From positions 2,026 through 66,025 of the forward strand of contig KB900551.1 of the NCBI GenBank assembly GCA_000378905.1: a stretch of DNA of 64,000 bases, written 5' to 3'. Each line of letters begins with the position of its first letter. Position 1 is the first letter of the stretch. This document shows positions 53,101 through 61,803 of this stretch, piece after piece. The position numbers were made by a program, and so were the translations under genes. Below the pieces are notes generated by a model. It saw nothing but the letters and a program-made list of their open reading frames with translations, had not been told where the DNA came from and did no database searches. Source of the stretch: an actinobacterium SCGC AAA028-A23. Lineage in GTDB: Bacteria > Actinomycetota > Actinomycetes > Nanopelagicales > Nanopelagicaceae.

Positions 53101-53672
53101 GATATTTCCCATGCGTAAGTGAAGGCAATGACCTAATCGTATTGCATCACGATGGCCCACTAAAGAATCAGGAAAGGGTGCGATTTACTTTCCCACGCCA
53201 AAGTAGAGATCGTAGATTATGTCTTTCTGATTTCTTTAAGAGTCGAAGTAGCGGTGAAATAGATGTTGTAAGTTTTCAAGTAGTAACAATGGGAGAATCG
53301 ATTAGCAGGGCCATAAATGAACTCTTCCAGAAGAATCTTTACCGAGAATATTTAGAACTCCACGGCCTTTCGGTTCAGTTAACGGAGTCTTTAACCGAGC
53401 ATTGGCATGCTAGAACTCGTGAAGAATTAGCCATAGATGGTCAAGATTCTAATAAATTAGATGAGATTTTTAGCCAGGGATATCAAGGATCTCGTTACTC
53501 ATTTGGGTATCCAGCCTGTCCAGATTTAGAACAGCAAAATCAAATTTTTGAATTATTGGAGCCAGAACGTATTGGTGTAACTCTTTCAGATGAATTTCAA
53601 CTTCACCCCGAGCAATCAACCTCTTCAATAGTTTTGCATCATGCAGAAGCGAAGTATTTCAACGCATCATGA
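50199..53672 (+). CDS. metH: Cobalamin-dependent methionine synthase
   Basis: DGAMGT, GLNC, GGCCGT, GERANANGS, GDVHDIGKN, RYSFGYPACP. Confidence 0.98.
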   Translation: MNSLREALNKRVVIADGAMGTMLQNQNPTLADFENHEGCNEILNVTRPDIVKAVHVEYLNAGVDAIETNTFGANFANLAEYGIEDRIFELSLAGAKIAREAADEFSTPGNLRWVLGSLGPGTKLPTLGHTTYQNLKDAYATASKGLIEGGVDALLIETTQDLLQAKAAINGAREAIKLSKKDVVLIAQVTVETNGTMLMGSEIGAALNALEPLGIDLIGLNCATGPAEMSEHLRVLSKGAAVGISVMPNAGLPVLGKNGAHYPLTPIELASSLKQFVTDYRVNLIGGCCGTTPAHMKEVVKQIHGTENSNRSIIREIGASSLYQFVGFKQDNTYLAIGERANANGSKAFKEALLREDWQSCVEIGRDQIRDGAHMLDLSVDYVGRDGVADMKELAFRFATTSTLPIVLDSTEPAVLKAGLEQLGGRSVINSVNFEDGDGESSRFAKIMPLVVEHGAAVIALTIDEQGQARDADWKLRVSRRLVNDLTGKWGMRTCDILIDCLTFPIATGQEETRKDGIETLKAIRLLKEEFPEVQTTLGVSNISFGLNPAARIVLNSVFLAEAVKAGLDSAIVHPSKITPMNRIAPEQLKVALDLVYDRREYDQSGEITYDPLNKFLELFENVQVHSSKESRAAELAALPLEERLQRRIIDGEKVGLPEDLQTALASGIPALTIINDYLLSGMKTVGELFGKGEMQLPFVLQSAEVMKTAVAYLEPHIEKTDDKGRGKILLATVKGDVHDIGKNLVDIILSNNGYDTVNIGIKQTVNEIIDAALKNDVDVIGMSGLLVKSTVIMKENLQELENRGMAEKWPIVLGGAALTRSYVEQDLSEQFPGTVRYAKDAFEGLKLMDLLMGIKKGVAGVELPPLKPRRTAKREIGLVQEIDLVRSDVSDLAPVPVAPFFGSKVVKGIALADYVQMLDERALFLGQWGLKGKNFEEMAEQQGRPQLRSLLNEVQSKGWLNSAVVYGYFPCVSEGNDLIVLHHDGPLKNQERVRFTFPRQSRDRRLCLSDFFKSRSSGEIDVVSFQVVTMGESISRAINELFQKNLYREYLELHGLSVQLTESLTEHWHARTREELAIDGQDSNKLDEIFSQGYQGSRYSFGYPACPDLEQQNQIFELLEPERIGVTLSDEFQLHPEQSTSSIVLHHAEAKYFNAS

Positions 53673-54334
53673 GTGCAATTTTATTCGATATGGATGGAAC
53701 TCTAATTGATTCTGAACCGCTTTGGTTAGCGGCCGAAAAACAGGTTATGGAAGAGGTTGGAAGCACCTGGGATGAAGCGGATCAAATAAATTGTCTTGGT
53801 GGTCCTATGGAAAGAACTGAACGATATATGCAGGAAAGAACAGGAAATACCAAACCATTTGGGTATTTTGGTTCACGTTTAGATTTAGTCATGGAACAGA
53901 AACTTTTAAATGAACTTGAACTTCTACCAAATGCTTTAAATCTTTTGTCTGAATGCAAAAAAGGGAATATTCAGATGGCTCTGGTTACGGCGAGTACTGG
54001 ACGTCAGATGCGTTCGGCGTTAACTAGGTTTCCAAAGGATATATTCGGGGCGACAGTTTCTCGAGATGATGTTTCGATTACCAAGCCAAATCCTGAACCG
54101 TATTTAAAAGCTGCAAGTATTTTGGGAGTTGATATTAGAAATTGCCTGGTGTTTGAAGATTCGTTAACTGGTGTGGCATCTGGATTATCGGCGGGGGCCC
54201 AGGTAATTGGTATTCCACATCTAGTAGAGATGAAACCAAGTGCAAATTTACGGATAATAGATTCTTTAGCATCAGTTGATTTAAAGCAATTACTGGATTG
54301 GTATCCACATTTAGGTAGTAGGATTGGTAAATAA
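53669..54334 (+). CDS. HAD-family phosphatase
   Basis: FDMDGTL.DSE, VTAS, KPNPEPY, FEDS. Confidence 0.92.
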   Translation: MSAILFDMDGTLIDSEPLWLAAEKQVMEEVGSTWDEADQINCLGGPMERTERYMQERTGNTKPFGYFGSRLDLVMEQKLLNELELLPNALNLLSECKKGNIQMALVTASTGRQMRSALTRFPKDIFGATVSRDDVSITKPNPEPYLKAASILGVDIRNCLVFEDSLTGVASGLSAGAQVIGIPHLVEMKPSANLRIIDSLASVDLKQLLDWYPHLGSRIGK

Positions 54335-55179
54335 TGAGCGATCGTAATTTTCAATACGGGGATCGCGTTCAGTTGACCGATGCAAAAGGTAAATTGTATT
54401 CAATTACTTTGACCGCTGGTGCTGAATGGCATACTCATAAAGGAATGCTTAAGCACGATGAATTAGTTGGCATTCCCGAAGGTTCTATCGTTGCAACTAA
54501 TGGAGAATTGAAATTTCAAGCCTTTCGTCCACTTTTAGCGGATTATGTTCTGTCGATGCCAAGAGGAGCAACGATAATTTATCCAAAAGATGCGGCCATG
54601 ATTTTGGGTGTAGCAGATATTAAACCGGGCGTAAGAGTGTTAGAGGCCGGGGTAGGTTCAGGCGCTTTAAGTATCTCGATTTTAAGAGCCATAGGCGAAA
54701 ACGGATTTCTTCATTCTGTAGAAATTCGCGATGATTTTGCGAAAATATCTGAGAAAAATGTTTCGAGTTATTTTGGTGAGAAACCGGTAAATTGGAAGCT
54801 AAGTATTGGGGCCCTTCAGGAGCAGCAGTTGGAGAATAGTTTCGATCGAGTGGTTTTAGATATGTTGGCACCTTGGGAATGCATGGATGTCGCATCTAAT
54901 GCCTTGGTACCTGGAGGTGTTTTCATGTCATACGTTGCCACGACAACTCAATTATCAAGGATTGCTGAGGCAATAAAAGATAGTGGTAATTTCACCGAAC
55001 CTGAATCCAGTGAAACTATTGTCAGGGGATGGCATCATGAAGGTTTGGCGGTTAGACCTCAGCATCGAATGATCGGACACACTGGATTTTTAGTTTTTGC
55101 AAGAAGGATGGCGCCAGGAGTTGCGGTTTTGCAAAGAAGACGACGCCCATCTAAGGGTTCTTATGATCTGCCTGACTAA
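54334..55179 (+). CDS. trmI: tRNA (adenine-58-N1)-methyltransferase
   Basis: MPRGATIIYPKD, EAGVGSG, LDMLAPW, VRPQHRM.GHTGF. Confidence 0.96.
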   Translation: MSDRNFQYGDRVQLTDAKGKLYSITLTAGAEWHTHKGMLKHDELVGIPEGSIVATNGELKFQAFRPLLADYVLSMPRGATIIYPKDAAMILGVADIKPGVRVLEAGVGSGALSISILRAIGENGFLHSVEIRDDFAKISEKNVSSYFGEKPVNWKLSIGALQEQQLENSFDRVVLDMLAPWECMDVASNALVPGGVFMSYVATTTQLSRIAEAIKDSGNFTEPESSETIVRGWHHEGLAVRPQHRMIGHTGFLVFARRMAPGVAVLQRRRRPSKGSYDLPD

Positions 55180-55180
55180 A

Positions 55181-55681
55181 TTAGAGTACTGAAATTAAAT
55201 CAACAACGAATATTAATGTTTCGTTAGGCCCAATGGCTCCGCCTGCTCCTTGAGCTCCATAACCAAGAACTGGTGGAATAACTAACAATCTGCGCCCGCC
55301 TTCTTTCATTCCGGGGATGCCTTGCTGCCATCCGGCGATTACTCCGCTTAAAGGAAATGTTGCTGTTTGTCCAGAATCCCATGAGGATTCAACTAGAACG
55401 CCCGTGCTCCAAGCCATAAGTGTGTAATGGACTTCAAGAGTTGAAGTTGCAACAGCTTCTTTGCCATCTCCTTCAAAAATATCTGTTTTGGTTAATGTTG
55501 TTGGAGGATTTCCAACTGGTGCAGAGATTGTTGGTTTAGCACCTTTTGCTCCACTGACTGCAGGATTGGCTGAGTTTTCTTTAGCTGAATTAACCATGGG
55601 ATCTACTCCTCCATCTGTAGTACAAGCGCTTAGAAGTATCGTGGACATAGCCACTACGAGAAATTTATGAGAAATGCGCAC
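55181..55681 (-). CDS. FKBP-type peptidyl-prolyl isomerase, predicted lipoprotein
   Basis: LSAC lipobox; VHY, SSWD, VIAGW..G..GMK.GG.R...IPP.LGYG, TLIFVVDL. GTG 55681 start inferred (TAATAT upstream, good signal peptide). Confidence 0.9.
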   Translation of the reverse strand: MRISHKFLVVAMSTILLSACTTDGGVDPMVNSAKENSANPAVSGAKGAKPTISAPVGNPPTTLTKTDIFEGDGKEAVATSTLEVHYTLMAWSTGVLVESSWDSGQTATFPLSGVIAGWQQGIPGMKEGGRRLLVIPPVLGYGAQGAGGAIGPNETLIFVVDLISVL

Positions 55682-55724
55682 ACCGTATATTAGCAAAGAT
55701 TTCCTAAATGACTAACCTTGGAGG

Positions 55725-56648
55725 GTGAGTGATCAAAAAACTGAACGTTTGATTAATTTGACGCTCGCACTTTTGGCAAGCAAGAGATATCTTTCAAAAT
55801 CTGAGATTTTTAATACGGTTGCTGGATACAGCGGCAGCTCCGAATCCATGGAGCGTATGTTTGAACGCGACAAAGACGAATTGCGAAATCTTGGGATTCA
55901 AATAGAGGTTAAAGCTTTAGATCCCCTGTTCGACGATGAACAGGGTTACTTAATTGCATCTGATACTTTTCAGATCAACACTGATGATTTTACAAATGAT
56001 GATCTGGTGCTTCTCAACATGGCGGCAAACCTTTGGAGTTCTTCGGACTTGGGAGAAGAGGCTAAAACAGCGTTACTAAAAATACATTCCATATCCGGAC
56101 CAATCAATAACGATCAAATATTTGCTGGTTCGATCTTAGATAATCAAGATGCCAAAATTCTCACTGGTATTTTTGAAGCAGTTGATAAGCAAATTGAATT
56201 GCGGTTTAGGTATAAAGGGTCAATTAGACAGGTTAAACCTTATGGATTATTTACGCAGAATGGTTTCTGGTATTTGGTTGCTCAAGACGATGGAACAGTC
56301 AAACAGTTTAAACTAATTCGCATTCAAGGGGATTTCACACTGTTAAGCAAAAATAATTCATTTCTCAAGCCGAAAGATTTTAACCTCAGATCCTTCATAG
56401 AGAACTCTTCCAGGGCAGAGGAGGCGACAGCAGAAATTATGGTACGGAAAAATCAAGCATTGTCCTTGCGTAATCAGTTCTCAGTGACAGAGATTGATGA
56501 AGATTGGGATTTAATGAAAATTAATTTTAATAGTCAAGAAGAAATGATTGAGCGAGTACTTTGGTATCTGGATAGTATTAAAGTGTTATCTCCAAATGAT
56601 TTACGAAATGAAATTTTGAATCGATTAAAAGAGTTGGCAGATGGTTAA
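55725..56648 (+). CDS. pafB: WYL-domain regulator PafB
   Basis: KTERLINL..ALL, RMFERDKDELR.LG wHTH, WYL motif, WCX tail. Confidence 0.92.
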   Translation: MSDQKTERLINLTLALLASKRYLSKSEIFNTVAGYSGSSESMERMFERDKDELRNLGIQIEVKALDPLFDDEQGYLIASDTFQINTDDFTNDDLVLLNMAANLWSSSDLGEEAKTALLKIHSISGPINNDQIFAGSILDNQDAKILTGIFEAVDKQIELRFRYKGSIRQVKPYGLFTQNGFWYLVAQDDGTVKQFKLIRIQGDFTLLSKNNSFLKPKDFNLRSFIENSSRAEEATAEIMVRKNQALSLRNQFSVTEIDEDWDLMKINFNSQEEMIERVLWYLDSIKVLSPNDLRNEILNRLKELADG

Positions 56649-57564
56649 CCCAGCATCTAATCGCGCATTACGTGCTATGGATTTGATTCCATATGTTCTA
56701 GAAAATCCTGGAGTGAGTACAGCTGAATTAGCTCAAAACTTCTCAGTTTCTATAAAACAGATAGAAGAAGATCTAAGTCTAATTTTCATGTGTGGATTGC
56801 CTGGTTATACACCTTATGATCTTATTGATTTAGTGTTTGAAGACGGGGTAGTAAGCGTAATTGATCCGCAAGTACTGACTAAGCCTCGAAATTTCTCTAA
56901 GACTGAGCATGTTGCTGTTGTTTTAGGGCTGGAGATCTTAAAAAGTTTGATTCCTGATAGTCCTGATTACCAAGCGAGGATCCTGCAGGTATTGAGCAAG
57001 ATCAACAAATCAATTCCAAATGTTGAAGTAATAATCAAAAAAGAGAAATCATTTCAGTATTTTGAGACTATCAACCAGGCAATAAAATTGAAGCAAATTT
57101 TGAAGATTGTTTACAACTCTGAAAGTAAAGATGAACAAAAAGCACGATCTATCGCTCCGTTAAGAATGTATCTGCGGAATGCCCAAGCATATTTGGTGGC
57201 ATATGATCCAGTTGCACGCATCGAGAAAGTTTTTAAGCTGTCAAATATCATTTCGTGCGAGATCGGGGAAATCAGCGATACATTTTCTAGCATGGCTGAA
57301 GAAGAACTGGTTAAGGTTGAAATCGTTGTGGATGAGAAACATTTGTTCTTTGTTGAGAGGAACTCTTCTATAATTGTTGCTCAAGAACAGATTGCAGGTG
57401 GAATTAAGGTAATTCTCAAAGTACGAAGCATGGACTGGATTAAGCGAGCAATTATTAGTAATGCCCCCGGTATCCAAGTTATCTCACCTCCAGAATTGGC
57501 ATCATGGGCGAGAGAAACCGCGTCTAAGATGATTTCTTTTTACGCAAAAACCGGGTTGGTTTGA
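56641..57564 (+). CDS. pafC: WYL-domain regulator PafC
   Basis: LIPY...NPG, DL.LIFMCGLPGY...DLID, AYL, V.SPPEL. Confidence 0.92.
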   Translation: MVNPASNRALRAMDLIPYVLENPGVSTAELAQNFSVSIKQIEEDLSLIFMCGLPGYTPYDLIDLVFEDGVVSVIDPQVLTKPRNFSKTEHVAVVLGLEILKSLIPDSPDYQARILQVLSKINKSIPNVEVIIKKEKSFQYFETINQAIKLKQILKIVYNSESKDEQKARSIAPLRMYLRNAQAYLVAYDPVARIEKVFKLSNIISCEIGEISDTFSSMAEEELVKVEIVVDEKHLFFVERNSSIIVAQEQIAGGIKVILKVRSMDWIKRAIISNAPGIQVISPPELASWARETASKMISFYAKTGLV

Positions 57565-57578
57565 GGTAGTATTTCCAC

Positions 57579-57770
57579 ATGAATTCATTGAAACCTTGGC
57601 ATTTATTGGTACTAGCAGTTGTCTTCTTAGTTCTTTTTGGTTCTAAGCGTCTTCCTGATTCTGCTCGCTCATTAGGCAGATCATTGCGCATATTCAAGAG
57701 TGAAGTTCAGGAAATGAATAAGGATGATTCAAAAGAGGATAAAAAATCAGATCCAAGTTCTGATAAATAA
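57579..57770 (+). CDS. tatA: Tat translocase TatA
   Basis: LFGSKRLPDSARSLGRSLRIFKSE. Confidence 0.96.
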   Translation: MNSLKPWHLLVLAVVFLVLFGSKRLPDSARSLGRSLRIFKSEVQEMNKDDSKEDKKSDPSSDK

Positions 57771-57775
57771 ACAGC

Positions 57776-58582
57776 ATGAGTAAGAAGCGTGGCGGCAAAA
57801 TGCCACTGCTAGATCACATCAAAGAGTTTCGTAGTCGTCTCCTCAAAGCGATTTTGGGCATTTTTCTTTTTGCAATTATCGGTTGGTTTTTCTACCAGGA
57901 AATAGTTAGATTGTTAACACTGCCTTTTTGCGATCTCGGAGCTGCTAATCAACCTTCGGAAGGTCAGTGTGGTGACTTGTATGTTAATGGAATTCTTGGT
58001 CCATTCAATCTTCAGGTAAAAATCTCATTGCTTACTGGAATTATTTTGTCGGCACCTGTGTGGATATATCAATTATGGTCTTTTGTAACACCTGCTTTGC
58101 ATAAGAAAGAAAGAAAAATTGCCCTTTTCTTTGCAAGTATCGCTACACCACTCTTTGGTACAGGAGCTTTACTAGCGTATTTGCTCTTGCCTCATGCTGT
58201 TGATGTTCTTCTTGGTTTTACCCCAGATAATCTTGGCAACCTTGTGCGGTTTGATGAGTATTTAGACTTTGTTTTAAGACTCATATTAATATTTGGATTA
58301 GCTTTCGTGCTGCCACTTTTCTTGGTAGCTTTGAATCTTCTTGGTGTTATTTCTGGAAAATCAATTTTAAAACCATGGAGAATAGCGGTATTCATGTGCT
58401 TTCTTTTCACCGCAACTTTTACTCCAACTCCAGATCCGATTACTATGACCTTACTTGCGATTCCCTTGTGCCTTATCTATTTTGCAAGCGGTTTATTTGC
58501 TGTATTAATGGATAAACGAAAATCAAAAGGGCAAAAGATAGATATTGGGGCTACTCCTATCGATAAACCTGAAAATATTTGA
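57776..58582 (+). CDS. tatC: Tat translocase TatC
   Basis: MPLLDHIKEFRSRL, YQLWSFVTPAL...E, TPTPDP. Confidence 0.96.
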   Translation: MSKKRGGKMPLLDHIKEFRSRLLKAILGIFLFAIIGWFFYQEIVRLLTLPFCDLGAANQPSEGQCGDLYVNGILGPFNLQVKISLLTGIILSAPVWIYQLWSFVTPALHKKERKIALFFASIATPLFGTGALLAYLLLPHAVDVLLGFTPDNLGNLVRFDEYLDFVLRLILIFGLAFVLPLFLVALNLLGVISGKSILKPWRIAVFMCFLFTATFTPTPDPITMTLLAIPLCLIYFASGLFAVLMDKRKSKGQKIDIGATPIDKPENI

Positions 58583-59464
58583 ATGTATTTGATTGTAGTA
58601 AATTCAAAATCAGGTAAAGGGCATGCTAGAAGAAGAGCAAGCAAATTTGTAGATTTATGTAAAATGAATGGTATTCGGTACAAGGTAGTGGATAAAGAAT
58701 CCGCTGAGGATACAAAGAGGGATTTGAATGTAGAACTTTTAAACCCCGAATATAAGGCTTTAATAGCCGTGGGAGGGGACGGACTTGTTAACTTATGTGT
58801 TCAGTTTGTAGCTCAGAAACCAATATCTCTGGGTGTTTTACCTGCAGGCACAGGGAATGATTTCGCAAGAGCTGTTGGTGCATATAAAAAAAGTACCGAG
58901 GAGATCTTTTGGAATTTGTATCAGACTAAACCTAACTCAATCGATTTAGGATTGATTGAAAGCAATCTACTCAAGCATTGGTACGTACAAGTTCTCAGCA
59001 CTGGATTTGATGCTCTAGTTAACAGTAAAGCTAATGAAATCAAATGGCCAAAAGGTAAATCTAAATACACCATTGCAACGATTTTAACTCTAGCTCGTTT
59101 CAAACCCATAGCCTATCGACTGATTATTGATAAAAAGATAATAGAACAAGATGCGATGCTACTTTCGGTTGCTAACGGTGAAACCTACGGTGGGGGAATG
59201 AGAATATGCCCCAATGCATCTAATTCCGATGGACAATTTGATGTTCTACTGGTTAGACCGGTTTCAAAGATTGTTCTGTTAACTATTTTTCCGAAGGTTT
59301 TTTTTGGTAAACACATACCTCATCCAAAAATTGATGTATACCGCGGAAAAGAAGTTTCTATATCCGGTAATACCAAGGCTTTTGCTGATGGTGAATATAT
59401 TGATGATTTACCAATTCGAATTCAGAATATTCAAAACAGTTTAAGTACATGGCTATTCGCATGA
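58583..59464 (+). CDS. Diacylglycerol-kinase-family lipid kinase
   Basis: N.KSG, GGDG, PAGTGNDFAR, YGGGM.ICP.A...DG. Confidence 0.92.
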   Translation: MYLIVVNSKSGKGHARRRASKFVDLCKMNGIRYKVVDKESAEDTKRDLNVELLNPEYKALIAVGGDGLVNLCVQFVAQKPISLGVLPAGTGNDFARAVGAYKKSTEEIFWNLYQTKPNSIDLGLIESNLLKHWYVQVLSTGFDALVNSKANEIKWPKGKSKYTIATILTLARFKPIAYRLIIDKKIIEQDAMLLSVANGETYGGGMRICPNASNSDGQFDVLLVRPVSKIVLLTIFPKVFFGKHIPHPKIDVYRGKEVSISGNTKAFADGEYIDDLPIRIQNIQNSLSTWLFA

Positions 59465-61803
59465 CTTTAACACCATCAGAGAATTATGCGCGAGCAAAAA
59501 CTATATCTAAGTTTCCTAAAACAAGGAAATTTTCCGAAAGCTTCCCATTTGAGTTAGATGATTTCCAGATTCAAGCCTGTCATGCACTGGAGCAAGGCAA
59601 GGGAGTATTGGTAGCGGCGCCAACAGGAGCTGGAAAAACAATTGTCGGCGAGTTTGCTGTTGATTTGGTGATCAATTCTTCTGGCAAGTGTTTTTATACA
59701 ACTCCAATAAAGGCACTGAGTAACCAGAAATACTCGGAGCTTTGCCAAAAATATGGTGAAGATCGAATTGGTTTACTCACAGGTGATGTTTCAAACAATT
59801 CCGAAGCTCAAATCGTAGTAATGACTACAGAAGTTTTGCGTAATATGATTTATTCAAACTCTCCAACCATTTCAGATTTGAAATATGTAGTGATGGATGA
59901 AGTGCATTATTTAGCAGATAAATTCAGGGGAGCCGTTTGGGAAGAGATCCTCATCCATTTGTCTGAGGCAGTGCAGGTCATCTCCCTATCAGCCACGGTT
60001 TCAAATGCTGAAGAGTTTGGTGAATGGCTTCAAACCGTACGCGGTGAAACTGAGATTATTGTTAGTGAAATTAGACCTGTTCCTTTGTACCAACATGTTC
60101 TGTTTGGTAATCGTTTGCTCGATCTATTTGGAGAAAACCTTAGGTTAAATCCTGAACTAACTCGCCTGGAGAGAGATACTTATCGCCAAGTAAAAGGAAA
60201 TTGGAGAGATAAACCTAAGGGACCAAAACCGTTATCTAGACCCGAGATAATTGAAAAACTTGATAGAGAGAGTCTGTTACCTGCCATCACTTTCATTTTT
60301 TCGCGGAATAACTGTGACGCAGCTGTGCGGCAATGCTTGGCTGCTGGTTTGAAATTAACAAATACCGAAGAACGTTCTGAAATTCGAAGAGTTATTTCCC
60401 GAAATATAAAGAATCTGGCCGAAGAAGATCTGGTAGTGCTTGGTTATTATGAATGGGCAGACGCATTAGAGCGAGGTATCGCAGCACATCACGCGGGTTT
60501 ACTTCCCGCCTTTAAAGTAACTGTTGAAGAATTATTCCAAAAAGGATTTGTTAAAGCGGTATTTGCAACTGAAACTTTGGCGCTAGGGATAAACATGCCT
60601 GCCAGAACCGTGGTTCTTGAAAAACTGAGTAAATGGAATGGTGAAGGTCATGTTGCTATTTCCCCGGGTGAATACACCCAATTAACTGGTCGCGCAGGTC
60701 GACGTGGTATCGACATAGAAGGAAATGCAGTAATTTTATGGAACAATGATTTGGATTCAACATCTGTTGGGGGATTAGCTTCAACGCGAACTTATCCTTT
60801 GAAAAGTTCATTCAAACCAACCTATAACATGAGCATTAATTTGATATCTCAATTCGGGTCTCAGCGAGCTAGAACTTCTTTGGAATCTTCTTTAGCGCAG
60901 TTCCAAGCTGATAAAGCAGTAGTTGGACTAGCCAAGCAAATTAGAAAAAATGAAACAACTAGAGATTCACTTTACAAAGATTCAACCTGCCATCTTGGAG
61001 ACTTCCCTGAATATGCCCAGATGCGAGGCAAAATTAAAAATTTAGAGACTGATGGAAAGCGTCATAAAAGGAAACGCCATGAGATTGAGGAGGAGATTGG
61101 GTATATCCGAAAGGAGATGAAAAATCATCCATGTCATTCCTGTCCTGACAGAGAAAACCACTCACGCTATACAGAAAAAGCTCTTAGATTACAGCGAGAA
61201 ATTGATGGGTTAAGCGATCGAATTAATGCCAGAACCAACGTTATTGCCCGTAGATTTGATCTTATCAAGATAATTTTGAATAAATTTGGATATATTGAAA
61301 ATGATACGATTACTAAATCTGGCAAAATGCTGGCAAAGATTTATGGTGAAACGGATTTGCTTATAGCTGAATCAATTAGGTCTGGAGTATTCGATGAGCT
61401 TGGACCGGCAGATTTAGTGTCAGTTATATCAAGCTTCATATACGAATCAAGAAATGACGAAGGAGACAAAATTCCACGAGGTGTGGTTCAAGAGGCTTTG
61501 GCAAAAATATCGAAGATATATGGCAACATACATGAAATAGAGAGCGAACATAATCTTGTTCCAATGAGAGCACCTGATTTTGGTTTTTGCTGGGCGTCTC
61601 ATCGATGGGCAAGCAATCATTCGCTGACCTCAGTGTTAAAAGGTACTGAACTAACTGTTGGTGATTTTGTGAGATCCATGAAACAGATAATTGACTTATT
61701 AAGGCAGCTGCGATCTGCTGCTCCCGATCTTCAACCAGTTATTGATCAAGCATTGAATAAAATTGATCGAGGCGTAATTGCTTATTCAGGCGCTGCTGTA
61801 TGA
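59461..61803 (+). CDS. helY: Ski2-like DExH RNA helicase HelY
   Basis: APTGAGKT, TPIKALSNQK, DEVH, SAT, HHAG, QLTGRAGRRG, DSHCT C-terminus. Start placed at the ATGA overlap. Confidence 0.94.
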   Translation: MTLTPSENYARAKTISKFPKTRKFSESFPFELDDFQIQACHALEQGKGVLVAAPTGAGKTIVGEFAVDLVINSSGKCFYTTPIKALSNQKYSELCQKYGEDRIGLLTGDVSNNSEAQIVVMTTEVLRNMIYSNSPTISDLKYVVMDEVHYLADKFRGAVWEEILIHLSEAVQVISLSATVSNAEEFGEWLQTVRGETEIIVSEIRPVPLYQHVLFGNRLLDLFGENLRLNPELTRLERDTYRQVKGNWRDKPKGPKPLSRPEIIEKLDRESLLPAITFIFSRNNCDAAVRQCLAAGLKLTNTEERSEIRRVISRNIKNLAEEDLVVLGYYEWADALERGIAAHHAGLLPAFKVTVEELFQKGFVKAVFATETLALGINMPARTVVLEKLSKWNGEGHVAISPGEYTQLTGRAGRRGIDIEGNAVILWNNDLDSTSVGGLASTRTYPLKSSFKPTYNMSINLISQFGSQRARTSLESSLAQFQADKAVVGLAKQIRKNETTRDSLYKDSTCHLGDFPEYAQMRGKIKNLETDGKRHKRKRHEIEEEIGYIRKEMKNHPCHSCPDRENHSRYTEKALRLQREIDGLSDRINARTNVIARRFDLIKIILNKFGYIENDTITKSGKMLAKIYGETDLLIAESIRSGVFDELGPADLVSVISSFIYESRNDEGDKIPRGVVQEALAKISKIYGNIHEIESEHNLVPMRAPDFGFCWASHRWASNHSLTSVLKGTELTVGDFVRSMKQIIDLLRQLRSAAPDLQPVIDQALNKIDRGVIAYSGAAV

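Noticed and set aside
55725-57564. Tandem WYL proteins as markers of a defence or CRISPR system
   Set aside because: They match PafB/PafC in the standard pafBC-tatAC-helY context; no cas genes, arrays or defence nucleases are nearby.
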